A stretch of 64,000 nt of DNA from Paraspadella gotoi (taxonomy: Eukaryota > Animalia > Chaetognatha): positions 13,156,746-13,220,745 of the forward strand of contig CM119270.1 of NCBI GenBank assembly GCA_051294375.1. The letters are read 5' to 3'. Position numbers and translations under genes: made by a program. This document shows positions 42,944 through 57,770 of the stretch, in pieces (position 1 is the first letter of the stretch; every line of letters starts with the position of its first letter). The notes beneath the pieces are model-generated. The model was not told the DNA's origin. It saw only the letters and a list, made by a program, of their open reading frames with translations, and searched no databases.

Positions 42944-43725
42944 TGTAACTTAAGATTTTTCTATTCATAGAATATATTCACATCACTTTCTTCCCAACAC
43001 TCTCTCGCCCTTTTATTCTTTTTTTAATCAAAAATTTGAAAAAGGAAAAAATCTCCAGAATTTGCGTTCGAATTTTTTATTTCTTATTTATATTCGACAG
43101 AAAAAAATGTCTTTCATGTTTAGACGCCTTGATAGTATAATTACAACATCTCTGACTTTCTAAAGCACACCCAATTTCAACATCTCTGAATTCTACTTAG
43201 TCGTCAACTCTGTTCCAGTGGCCACGTCTGTGAGAGAGAATCGAAGGCGTTACGCATTCGCGCCGTGTTCTCACCGGCCCCACGTTTGGCATTCATATTT
43301 CTATCACCTCCTCTTTTTTTTTGTCGTCGTCTCCCGGCGCCAGCGTCTTTTTTTCTCTTGGTTTTCGTATTCATTTTTGAAAATTGCATTTTGCATTTTG
43401 ATCTCTGGATTTCTATGGACTTTTTTTTCTCTCTCTCTCAGCGCGTGGAGTGGTTTTTGTTATTTTTTTTGTTTACGGCTTTTTCTTCCAGATGGCGTTT
43501 TTGGAGAGGAAGCAGAATCGGTGGGAAAAGAAAAAAAAAGGGGAAATTGGTTGAATTGAAAGGGTTGGAAAAAGTAGTATGGCTTCCAACTTTTTTGTGG
43601 ATCGAAATGATTGAAAGTAAATAAAATGTTTAGGAAAGAAGAAAGCTTGCGCTCTATTCGGCATTGAAGTCAAGTTCTATTTTTTTATTCCGTTGTTTCC
43701 TTCTCTTGTCATCGTATGAAATGTA

Positions 43726-44433
43726 CAGGGTTTTGACTTTAAACTTGCCCCCTATAGGAAAAACTACTATTGATTTCTATACACTTTTGGCTTATGCTAG
43801 AAATTTGATTTTTTAGTTAATAATTCTTTTTAAATTAAGATGAATGCTTTATATGATTAATTACAGAAGTTACAGGCTTAATTTTTTATACTTTTTTACA
43901 ATTTAATTTTGTTAAAAGAAAAGAAAAATCCTGATCACTATATAATATAATATTTTTATTTAATAAATGCTTAGATAGAGGGTCATAGGGCTGATATCTA
44001 GAATGAATTTTTATTATTACAAATGATAGTGTAGGTTGCAGTATTAATTTGCTTATGCTATAAATTTTTTATAATAATTTTTACATTAATACTATGGTAC
44101 TTAGAATAACTTCTGTTCTCCGATTTTTTTTGTTTCTGGAATCCATAAACAAAACTCACTTAATACCCTCACATAAAAAAACAAAAAAACCAAAAAAAAA
44201 TAATGCGGGGGTTCTAATATTTATCTAATTGATTTTAAATCATTTCGGCGTTGATCAAACATGACTATTGGTTTTCATTTGCTTCCCATACTAACTTTTT
44301 TGATATAGAAAAACTAAATAAAATTCTAAAAATAATAAAATCCTTAACAGTTCTTTTGATATAAACAAATTTTGCAAAACAATATCGCGGGTGGGAGGTT
44401 CAATTTGGGGGGAAGATTCAAGTCAGAACCCTG
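43726..44433. mobile_element. 708-bp Tc1/mariner-type MITE
   Basis: TA|cagggttttgactttaaacttgccccc ... gggggaagattcaagtcagaaccctg|TA: ~27-bp imperfect TIRs starting CAG, TA target duplication, AT-rich non-coding interior. Confidence 0.85.
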
Positions 44434-45677
44434 TACAACGTGTACAACGAAAAATAGAAAATAATTACTCCAATTCAAAAACCAAAAAATTTAACCAAAT
44501 TCATTGTGCATAGCTTTCATATCTTAGTAAGACTACAGATTGCAATTTGTGATTTTCGTTCTTTGACTTTAATAGCTGTATTTGATCTTAAATACCCAAT
44601 CATAGATTGTACTTATTACTTAAGCTTTTTAAAACGATCATCCCCGTTGTCAATAGAGAACTACTATATTCATTAATTTAAATGGCAATTATACAAAATG
44701 TTAACGAATAAAGAAAAAAAGTTAAAAACTCCATTTTATTTTCTATTTTTTCTATCAGCGTTCGGGACTGTTTTTGTTTTCCCCTTATTTTCTTGTTTCT
44801 TCGCATATTTTCTTTTTAATCTTTTTGGGTTTTCGTCGACTGTTGTCCTTCCTTCAGCCTTCAGGAGCAACAAACTCCTTTCTTTTTATTTTTCTTCTTT
44901 ATTTCTTCCCCTGTTTTTCCACCAATTTATTTTCATTATTCTTTCTTTGGTTCTTATCTCGTGTGTTTTCTTCTGTTTTTTTTTCAATATTCAATTGGAC
45001 CACGACTTTAAATACTTATTTTAAATATTATGAGACTTAACTAGATGCCTATTTTATTTAATAAATAATTAAAAATGATATATAATCAGTTAATCTCTTG
45101 CGCTACGCCTCTTTCTTCGCGAGTGATCATCTCCAACTTCGTGTATGAAAATTAGAAGAAAAAATGAATTTGGATGAAAAGGAAAAAAAGGGAGAAAATT
45201 GGAGTCAAAGGGAAAGAATAACTAAGGAAAGAAAGAAAGAAAAGGAGAAAGGAGAAAGGAGGAAAAAGAGAAATACAGCAGTAAATTATGAGTCAAAGGG
45301 AAAGAAAAAGTAAGGAAAGAAAGAAAGAAAAGGAGAAATAAAAGGAGAGGAGAAGGAAAAGAAAAGAAAAAAAGATAGTAAGAGAAAACAGATAAAAAAA
45401 ACAGCGGAAATGGGAGGAAAATAAAGGAGAGGAAAAGAAATGAAACAGAGAAATAAAAAAAAATGAAAGAGGAAATAAAGAGAAAATGAAGAAGAAAATA
45501 GGAGAGAAAAAGGAGGAGTGAGAAAAAAGACGGGGGGGGGGGGTGGAAAAAGAAGAAAAAAAAATTAAGAGGTCGATTCGAGTTGTTTTGGTCAGTGGAT
45601 TCGACGCACCTGCTTCCGCGATGTTGCCCGTTGTCGTTGTTATCGTTGTCGTCGTTGTTGGCCTTCGAAAACTCTCA

Positions 45678-45708
<31 letters not shown>

Positions 45709-45834
45709 AAAACGTGTTAGTCAAGGTCATTACAGGCTTTAAATTCGGGCTCGTTCCTTTCTGTTGTTTTCATTGTAATTTGAAGCAATTTGTAATAATG
45801 TTTATCGTTTCTCTCTCTCTGCTCGCTCTCTCTT

Positions 45835-45842
45835 CTCTTCAT

Positions 45843-45888
<46 letters not shown>

Positions 45889-47346
45889 CCCTCTTTCCTG
45901 TCACTGTCTCTTCCTTTCCTTCTTTTTTCTCTTCAACTTGCCACTCTTAATAATCAATACATAATACCTCGGTCTTCATCTTTCCTCGTGAGACACAAAT
46001 CCTCTTTTCCATCGCTTAATCCTCTCATTTAATCCTTTCATCTTATTTGCATGTATTTTCGTCTTCTGAATCGTCCCGTTCGCTTTTCCCTTCATTACTT
46101 TTATTCGTTTTAGTTATTTAATTTGGTTTTTTTTTATAATTCTAATAAAGAAAATACAAGGAAAAAACTAACAGAAGGCCAAACTGAGCGCAGAAAAATT
46201 GAAATAAAAATGTTCTTATCAATTAATTAATTCAGACAAAGGGCAATATGATATGATAAAAAATATGAAAAATAAGTGAAGTAAAAAAAATAGTAAATTA
46301 ACCAAAGAAAGCACGACAAACACATTTTATTGAAATAAAGTGTTTGTAATTATATGTAAAACTTTGAAGACGAGTTTATTTATAATTGGAAGTTGGCCTT
46401 CACTCTGCTGAGCCGATTTGGAAGGCAAAGAAAGCGGGATCGAATTCCACATACATCCTCGACTGATAATCTTAGTCGTTTTATTCCTTAACGAAATTTC
46501 CCCAACGAAATATATACAGACCGTACTTGGGTTGTTTTAAACCTAAAGAGCTCTATTTCGTAAAATCAATTTGTTTTTAAAATGTTTATTTCAAAAAACT
46601 ATCCCAGCCCATAAACTAACTCGACGACCGGGAGAGAGACGACGCAGTTTTCAGCCTCCACCGGAAATTGAGGCGCGGGCGCAAAAAAAAACCGGAGAGA
46701 GAGAGAGAGGAACCAATTCTGATCTAATCTCCATATTCAAACGTCGAGAGCCACGCCTCCCCTGAGACGAGACTATTTAATCTTTTGACCCTCTTGGTTT
46801 CGTGATCTTTGGTGACCTTTCTTGTTTAGTCCGCCGTTCTCAGACTCCATGCTCTGTGATCTTTGGTGACCTTCGACGTTTATTCACAAATTGTCAACTC
46901 CATGCTTTGTAAACTTTGATGACCTTCCGAGTTTAGTCGTCCGTTGTCAGACTCCATGCTCTGTAATCTTTGGCCACCTTTCTTGGTTATTCGCCGATCG
47001 TAGACTCCATGCTTCCCAATCTTTTATTTCCAACTTTATCTTTTCGCAGATATCGAATTATATTTTATCCTTTCTGGGGGTTGGGGGGGCGGAGGGGAGG
47101 ATACGTGTCTCCAAAAAAGTCGGAATAACGGCGGAGGCGGCGGCGCCGTTGGTTGAGGAGGAGGCAGCTGCGGCGGCAAGCGGGCGGTAGCGGGCCGCTG
47201 GTGCCGGTTTTCTGAGGCGGTTGATGGCGGGAGAAAAGGCAAAATTAACAGAAAGAGGCTTAAGGAACTGTTTCCCGGTCACCCGAGAGCCTTGACCAAA
47301 GGTGATGGGGACAAAAGAAAGAGAAGAGAGAGGAGAGGAGAGAGAG

Positions 47347-47378
<32 letters not shown>

Positions 47379-48513
47379 GAGAGAAGGGAGAGAGGAAGAA
47401 GAAGGAAGAGCGCAAAAATTTTCTTTTCCTTGGGAAAATTTCTGTCTAACCAAATTTTTCCATCGGAACTTTTTTTTTCCACATGCAAAGGCAAAAGTTT
47501 AGCTAATTGTTTCGTTTCTTGCCAAAAGAACGTTTTCTTCTTCTCTTTATCTCCTTTCCATGTTTTTCTCTCTTTCTCTCTCTCTCCTCTTTCTGCCTCT
47601 CCTCCCGTCCCAATTGAACAAAAACAAAATGTGGAGAGAACCGCTCCGATACGACATGGAACAGCTCTTAGATACCCGACCGCTCACTTGAAAATGAAAG
47701 AGGACTTTGACTGGGAATTTGAAGAAGAATTTCTGACAAGATGTAAAAATGGTCCAAAGGAAAGGATGGCCGGCGATGACGACCAGACATAGTTTTCTCT
47801 ATCCTGTAATCTTTTTTCAATGATTCGGACTAAACTTGTGGGAAGAGAACAAAGTTAAGAATTAACTGTTAGTTTTAAAATAGTTATGTAAAAAATATAA
47901 ATCCCTGTCAAGATTTTTCCGGGCGAAATCAATTTTGACAATTATTGAATTAAATAAAAAAAATTTTCGTAATCCTTTTTTTAAAAACCTTATTTTCCCA
48001 AATAGTTAAGCCTTTTCCTAAAGAGGTTTTCATGGTTTAAACTCGTCCACAAGAGGGTAAACGCCGATTTTAAAGCCAAGGCGGCCATTTTGGATCTGGG
48101 CGCTTTGCTGACTGCTGAGGGAGTTGAATCGCTCGCGCAGATTCCCCGGATGATGAGAGTCTTCGGGGTAATACGGAAGAATTCCAGCTCAGAATATCCG
48201 AGAGAGAGAATTTCCTGCGAAGTTGACTCTAGAAATCTTACAATGTTTGCACTGTTTTCAGTCATAATTAAACTTTATTTTTCGATATAATAAATTCGGA
48301 ATTCGTTTTTTTTTATCGGCATACCTTGAAGTTTAAGTTAAATTTATTTACGTGTGACTTAATATACTTATAGGTATATCAACTTTTACTTTTTAAACGG
48401 ACATTATAGACCAACAATGAAACGTCGCAAAACGTTTAAAGAGTGCGTGATAAGTGGGGGATTCAATTTACTCTGCTGTCAGTCCCACTCTTCTCTCTCT
48501 CTCTCTCTCTCTC
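45835..48513. repeat. First copy of a ~2.65-kb tandem duplication across a 25-N gap
   Basis: Collinear with 48539-51211 from tcactgtctc..caacttgccactcttaa to ctctgctgtcagtcccactc; differences are mainly indels. Confidence 0.93.
46800..47014. repeat. 53-54-bp minisatellite, ~4 copies (duplicated at ~49488-49705)
   Basis: actccatgc at 46844, 46897, 46951 and 47004; gtgatctttggtgacctt and variants between them. Confidence 0.9.
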
Positions 48514-48538
48514 NNNNNNNNNNNNNNNNNNNNNNNNN

Positions 48539-51214
<2,676 letters not shown>

Positions 51215-51373
51215 CTCTTGAGCAGGCCATTATCTTTCCCGCCTTCGTTTGTTTGTGTGTTTGTCTTTTTTTTGGGTGGTATTGTTTACTTTACAGATTT
51301 TTATTTCGGAGATAATTTTATTTTTGTAATGGTTTTTTCCTGCCTTTCTTTGTTTTCCCATCTTTCTCTTTTT

Positions 51374-51374
<1 letters not shown>

Positions 51375-51462
<88 letters not shown>
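51375..51462. repeat. (TTTC)n microsatellite
   Basis: Read directly. Confidence 0.97.
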
Positions 51463-51465
<3 letters not shown>

Positions 51466-52007
51466 TTGTTCTTTCCTTTCCTCCGTCTTTTTCTTTCCCC
51501 CTTCTCTTCTCTTCCTCTGCTCTTCCCGTTCCCCATTAGACTCGCGATGAAAAATCTCCGTTTTNNNNNNNNNNNNNNNNNNNNNNNNNNNNNNGAGGGA
51601 GGGGGGAGAAACGGGTGAGGAATGGGTTGGGGAAGAGGGCGAGGATGAGGATGAGAAAGGGCGCGATGGGTAAGTGGAAGATAAGCACCTGTGAGATGAG
51701 AGGGACATTCCAGAGAGATAAAGGATTCATTAAAACTCATTTATTTTTTTAATTCGAGACAAATTAAACCTCAAACGAAAAATACAAATCTTTCTCCAAG
51801 TCAAAGCGTTGCACTTTTAACAATTCGCAAATACTAACTCAATCATTAACGACTTACGTAATCATTATTGAATTAATCAATCCGATGCTTGATTTCCTTT
51901 GGTCAAATCAGGGCTATGAAGAACTCTGCTTGGAAATTCACTGAGACAACCGGCTAATGACTAAGTGCATCTTTCACAGTAATTTTCCAACCCTGGAGTC
52001 GGACCAG

Positions 52008-52113
<106 letters not shown>

Positions 52114-52890
52114 TCCCAGGCACTAACACACAAACACATACACACACAAAAACGGCCACACATTCCCCGGGCACGCAGCGTCGAGCCGTCTCCCTCCCAC
52201 GCCTTCTCCAAACCTGGAACATTTCTTCTTCATTTAAGGATCTAATTTTACGATCCTCGGCTGAGCCAAACGGGGCGATTTAATGCCTCGAATGTTACAC
52301 GGTGCCGTTATAAACTTCAGAATTTTTTTTTTTTTTTTCAAATTGACGTAAAACATTTTCGAAAATCTTTAAGAGGCAATTTCCTCATTCAATCAACTAA
52401 AAGAGAGAGANNNNNNNNNNNNNNNNNNNTTTTTTTTTTTTACTTCGAGTCAGATTAACTATCGTCGTCGTCGTTTTTAAAGTCTCCAGGCAGCCATTCA
52501 AATCCTTCTCAAATTTCCCCCTTCTTCTTTTCCTTTTTTTTTTCCTCTTTCCTTTTTTCCCTTTTTTTTTTCGTCGTCTTAGCTTCCGGTTTTCCTTCAC
52601 TTTCGCGCAAAGTCGGATTACCTCTCTCCTTTCCCCTCGACGATTCCTCACTGATACAGTTTCACTTCTCACAACTCGGTGATACTATTTCTTTATTTTT
52701 TAAGATTCTATTTCCCGACCGTAAATCTCAGATACTTAAATAAAAGAAGAATATAGATTAAATAAGATAGAATAAAAAATAATAATAATAATAATAATAA
52801 TAATAAGTTTCACTAACATCCGATGGCGTAATACACTTCAGAGTAATCGACCAGAAACCTCAGAGGTAACTTTCCCTCTCTTTCTAATTA

Positions 52891-52975
52891 CAACCTTCCT
52901 ACTCTTTCTAAATCCAACCTTCCTACTCTTTCTAAATCCAACCTTCCTACTCTTTCTGAATCCAACCATTCCTCT
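52891..52975. repeat. 24-bp minisatellite CAACCTTCCTACTCTTTCTAAATC, ~3.5 copies
   Basis: Units start at 52891, 52915, 52939 and 52963. Confidence 0.93.
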
Positions 52976-53098
52976 TTCCCTTATCCACTTATCCTTTCCC
53001 GAATTCCCGTCCATGATTCTTCATAGTCTCCAAATTCAATTTCAATTGGTTTCCGCGACAGGAACGGCCCCGCTTCTTTCACGATTGTTTCAACTGAA

Positions 53099-53208
<110 letters not shown>

Positions 53209-54138
53209 CCCTCTGAGTCAAGTTAACCGTTGTTGTTCTCCGAGCGCGGCGCTGTCGCCATCTCCCGACGCCGCCTCGCGTTCGAACAAAAGAACGCGCC
53301 GAGTCGTCGGTAACTACGAAGCAGGATTGAGGAGTGGGTTAAAGGGAGGGATGGGGGCGAAACCTGGGACCGGAAACCGCGGCGCCAGTCGGCGCCTCGG
53401 CGATTTACTGCCGTCGACGGTGAAACGATGCCGGAATCGGGAGATCCTGTCGGCGCGTCGTTAAAACAGCGTCTTTTGTTTGCGTTCAAGTTTTATATTT
53501 TACGTAGAGGCCGCCTATCTCGACTAAAAATGTATGGCCAAAACATATGGGCAACCTCATATTAAAGTGGTCACTTATACGGGGCTGTTTTTTAAAGAGA
53601 CGCCTGCAATTACGGTACGTCTACGATAATTTGCATCAATCTTTTCCACTTCAGTCGACGCTGAAGAAATTAACCAGTAACCATTACCCATTCCTCTTTG
53701 CGTCTTTCAAAGAAAAGGGCGGAAACCTTCCTTCTATTTTTGAAAAAAGATTTCCGAGACTGTCTCCCCCAGGCCTGGTTGGTGAAGAAAGGAAAAATGG
53801 AGTGAAGCTGGATAATAGTGTCGGTCGGTCGGTCCAATCAATTTTAAACTGTTGAAGAAGACGTAAGTCTTAGTAAAGAAAATATAATGCAGGTGTTTTT
53901 CAAGAATTGACAAAAAATAATAATAATAAAAATAATAAACTTGTAACTGATGTTCTCGGGCTTAAAGAGCTCTTTTCTTGCTGAAATATATACTAGTAGA
54001 ACGAATGTTTGAGGTCAAAATAGCTGCTAAGAGACGGAGAAAAAAAAGATAAAATGGGAGAAAGAGAGAAAGAGAGAAAGATAGAAAAAGATATTGAGAG
54101 GGAGAGAGAGAGAGAGAGAGAGAGAGATAGATAGAGAT

Positions 54139-54410
54139 TAGAGCGTAGTGAAAGTTACATACGAAAATTCTAAATATAAATTATGAACAACATACCATCA
54201 GTGAACATTAATTTGTATAAAAAATTAATTTTATGTTCTTCAATTTTCGCAGTAGGCTATATTTATATAAAGTACTATCCTTATAAAATCAAAAAAATTC
54301 AAAATAAACTTTTCGTAATTTTCAATGCAGATTTGAATTCCTAGTCAAACGTTTATGAAAGAAAATATAAATCATTTTTAAAAATTGGTGTGGGTTTTTA
54401 CTACGCTTTA
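54139..54410. mobile_element. Internally deleted copy of the fold-back MITE at 35825
   Basis: gcgtagtgaaagttacatac..aattatgaacaacataccatcagtgaacattaatttgt..tcgcagtaggctat is the reverse complement of ~36200-36470. It ends tttttactacgcttta and is flanked by ATAGAGAT (54131-38 and 54411-18). Confidence 0.85.
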
Positions 54411-55198
54411 ATAGAGATAGAGAGTGTGAGAGAGAGCGAGAGAGAGAGAGAGAGAGAATTTTATTTTTTCTCTAAGTGACTTTCGACTCGAGATACGATT
54501 AGTGAAGGAAATGATTTACAATTTCAAGGAGAAAACTTGTGACGCAAAAAAGAATGAATAAAAAGACTAGAAAAGAGATTGTATATAGCCACTTACGCAC
54601 GTACTTTACAATATACAGTCTAAAAGGCTAATCGCTATTTACATTCTTTTTTACGTAGTTTCGAGTACAACTGCTTGAAAAGAGAAGCATATGGAGTACT
54701 AAGTAGTTCAACAATTGTTTGGACTGATGTTTTAATCTTTTGATATTTTCTTTTTCTCTTATTTTTTCATTCCCGTTTCCCGATGGATTCAACCCAAAAG
54801 GTAAGTTAATTAGCTTCTTTGAATGGTTGCTGCCGTGAATGCTGGATTTCTACTTTCCTTTTTTTTTGTCAGAACCAAAAAGTACCTAATTAATATATTT
54901 GTTACATTCGAAACAATTTCTCCAGCTCAAGTTTTAAAAATTGTAACAATTGCGAAAAAGAAAATATATTACTGGTTTGGTCGTCGTCCTCGTCTGGGCG
55001 TCCGCCATCCATAGTGTGACAGAGCTCTTCAACTTTTATCAACTCTGGAATGAAATTCGTGCTTTTCCTTCTTTTTCTTCAATGCCGGACGAGGAGAGAG
55101 AGGCAGAGAAAGAGAGAGGGAGAGGAGAAAGTTTTGATTGGGCGAATGAGAGAGAGGGGTGGAGATGAAAATGATATGCGGGAGGAGATAGGGAAGAA

Positions 55199-55291
<93 letters not shown>

Positions 55292-55380
55292 GAGACCCTA
55301 GACCCAGAGGCCGCAAGGATTCAATAAAAATCGTTTCATTGCCTTAATGACGTCGAGATGTGGAGGAAACTGCAAGAAGT

Positions 55381-55502
55381 GAAATGCGTGGAAGAAAAAG
55401 GGATGTAAGTAAAATGCGTGGAAGAAAAAGGGATGTAAGTAAAATGCGTGGAAGAAAAAGGATGTAAAGTAAAATGCGTGGAAGAAAAAGGGATGTGAGT
55501 AA
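55381..55502. repeat. 30-bp minisatellite AAAATGCGTGGAAGAAAAAGGGATGTAAGT, 4 copies
   Basis: Units start at 55381, 55411, 55441 and 55471. Confidence 0.96.
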
Positions 55503-55906
55503 AAAGTTTGATATTACCAGAAAGGTGAAGGAAAGTAGAATTGAGTTACTGCCGTATTTTCTATCACAAATTTAAGTCATTTAAGTTATTTTTAAAATAG
55601 ATTGATATCCTACAACGTAAAAAATTTACAGTGAGCTTGACAGCAAATATACCAGGGTCGTCAACAGCTCCAGTGAAAAGCGGTGATATTTTTTCTCACT
55701 GCAAAAACTACATAAGAGACACAAGCAAAGATCACAATACAGATCATAATGAAACACAACATACTTATGAGTTATGAAATATCTATTTATAGTTTTTGTA
55801 GCCAAATAAAAAATTGGTGATAGATTGGATTTCCCTTGGAGTCATTTCATAATTTTAAAGACTTGGCGCCGTTTGTGGTTGCTATTTTTTTTCAGACAAG
55901 AGAAAA

Positions 55907-55948
<42 letters not shown>

Positions 55949-56075
55949 AAATCTTGGCGATCTAATTAGCTGAAAAATTGACTATTCGTCAAAACCGTCA
56001 TAGAAGGATTGCAGACAAGAGTCAAAAAATCGTTATGAGAATTTAAAAAAGAAAACTCTTTCCCGAAAGTGCTCT

Positions 56076-56106
<31 letters not shown>

Positions 56107-56262
56107 TCTGTCTTTGTCTTTCGCCAGTCTTGAGAGTCAAAAATTTGCGTTTTCTATCTTGTTTGATGATGAGGAAAAAGAAAAGGATTCAGTGGAAAAC
56201 CTTCGTCTTCATTTTCGAGAATCTCTAGGGGTAAAAAAACAGGATCTCTTCGTCTCTCGTCT

Positions 56263-56312
<50 letters not shown>

Positions 56313-57153
56313 TCTCTTCCCTCTCTCTCTCACATTGTCTTTGCCTCTCCTTCGGTGGATTTCCTTTTGTTACTCTCTCTCTGTACATTGAAAAAATGTT
56401 AAGTGAATATTGTATCGTGGCTCGTTACTTAGCATCGTGATTGGTAGATAGAGGGAAAGACACGCAACATCAGTGGGGGGCTGAAAAGAATACTGAAAAA
56501 TATTTCACTCTCATACCTCAATTTGCTGTATGAGAGCATGCCCAGATGAATGCAGACAGTAGACGATGCCGAGGGACGGCACACAAAATATTGAGCATGT
56601 TTTACCTATGTTTTGTAACTTTTTAACAACTTTTTGATATATTTTTTGCCTCGATTGTACAATTTAAAAAAAGTGTTTTACACCCGGTACTTGTTTAAAA
56701 CCAAAATAAAGTAATTAACTAGTTACATGTAGTTACATGTAAATCAAATAGGTAAAAGTTTATTGTGCCGAGTCTGGGTAAGTACCGAGTTAAGGTAAGT
56801 GCCTCGTCCGGGTGAGATTGAAACGACGATTTCCTCCCAGATTCCTGAAAAAAAACATCCGTTGGAATTTTTCAGATTTTTTTTTCTTCTCCACAAAAAA
56901 AAAAAGTGGTTGGCGCAACGAAGACACGATTCAAAACTGAGAACCGAAAATTTGATCTTTTCTTATATAAAGATCTCGATCGAAACGTTCCGTCGATGGG
57001 ATCTGTCGCCTGAGAATGGGAGCCAAGTTTTGGGGCCGCAACGATGTTCGTTGGGCTGGAAATGAATTTAGAATGAAAGAAAAATGAAAGAAAAATGAAA
57101 GAAAAACAGTTGGAGGAAACACTAAAAAAAATTTTTGTTGCCACGGGGAGGAA

Positions 57154-57187
<34 letters not shown>

Positions 57188-57190
57188 GAG

Positions 57191-57231
<41 letters not shown>

Positions 57232-57278
57232 GAGAGAGAGAGAGAGAGAAAGAATTTAAGTCTGAACGCTCACGTGAT

Positions 57279-57667
57279 TGTCACGCAAAGCCCCTAAAAT
57301 GTGGTGATTCTTGGGAGGTTTGTGGTGAAAGGGAAGCGAGAGTGAAGTTGGGTGGATGCACAACACCACGACTCAGGGGGGTCCCTGAGTCAGGGGGGCT
57401 GAGGGGACGTGAGGGTGGTAAACGTGAATAGAGTGAAAGAAAGTGGTATAAGAAGCGGGTCATCCAACGACGGGCTGAAGATAAGAAAAAGAAGCGTGTG
57501 GCACTGTGGAGGCGGAGGCGTGCATTAAGCAAGGTAGGGGTGGGTTGCGGAGGGTAAGACCCCGAGCGTGTGTGGGCTGCGTGTGTACTTGGGCTTAAAA
57601 CGCCAGAAAGAACCTAACGAGGCCTACGTCCTTGAGTCAATATTATGAGTTATGACGGCCCACGTAA
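57279..57667. mobile_element. Possible solo-LTR-like remnant
   Basis: G-rich complex island starting TGTCACG and ending CACGTAA (terminal CA missing), with a TATA-like gtataag at ~57446 and a 9-bp hairpin gactcaggg/ccctgagtc (57370-57391). No TSD found. Confidence 0.2.
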
Positions 57668-57717
57668 TTTTCTTTACGTTTTTATGTTCCGGTGACCGAA
57701 CTGAGCGGGCAAAGACG

Positions 57718-57720
57718 GGG

Positions 57721-57761
<41 letters not shown>

Positions 57762-57770
57762 GGGGGGCGA
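57718..57770. repeat. (GGC)n run, with an opposite-orientation (CCG)n run at 58155-58183
   Basis: Read directly. Confidence 0.9.
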
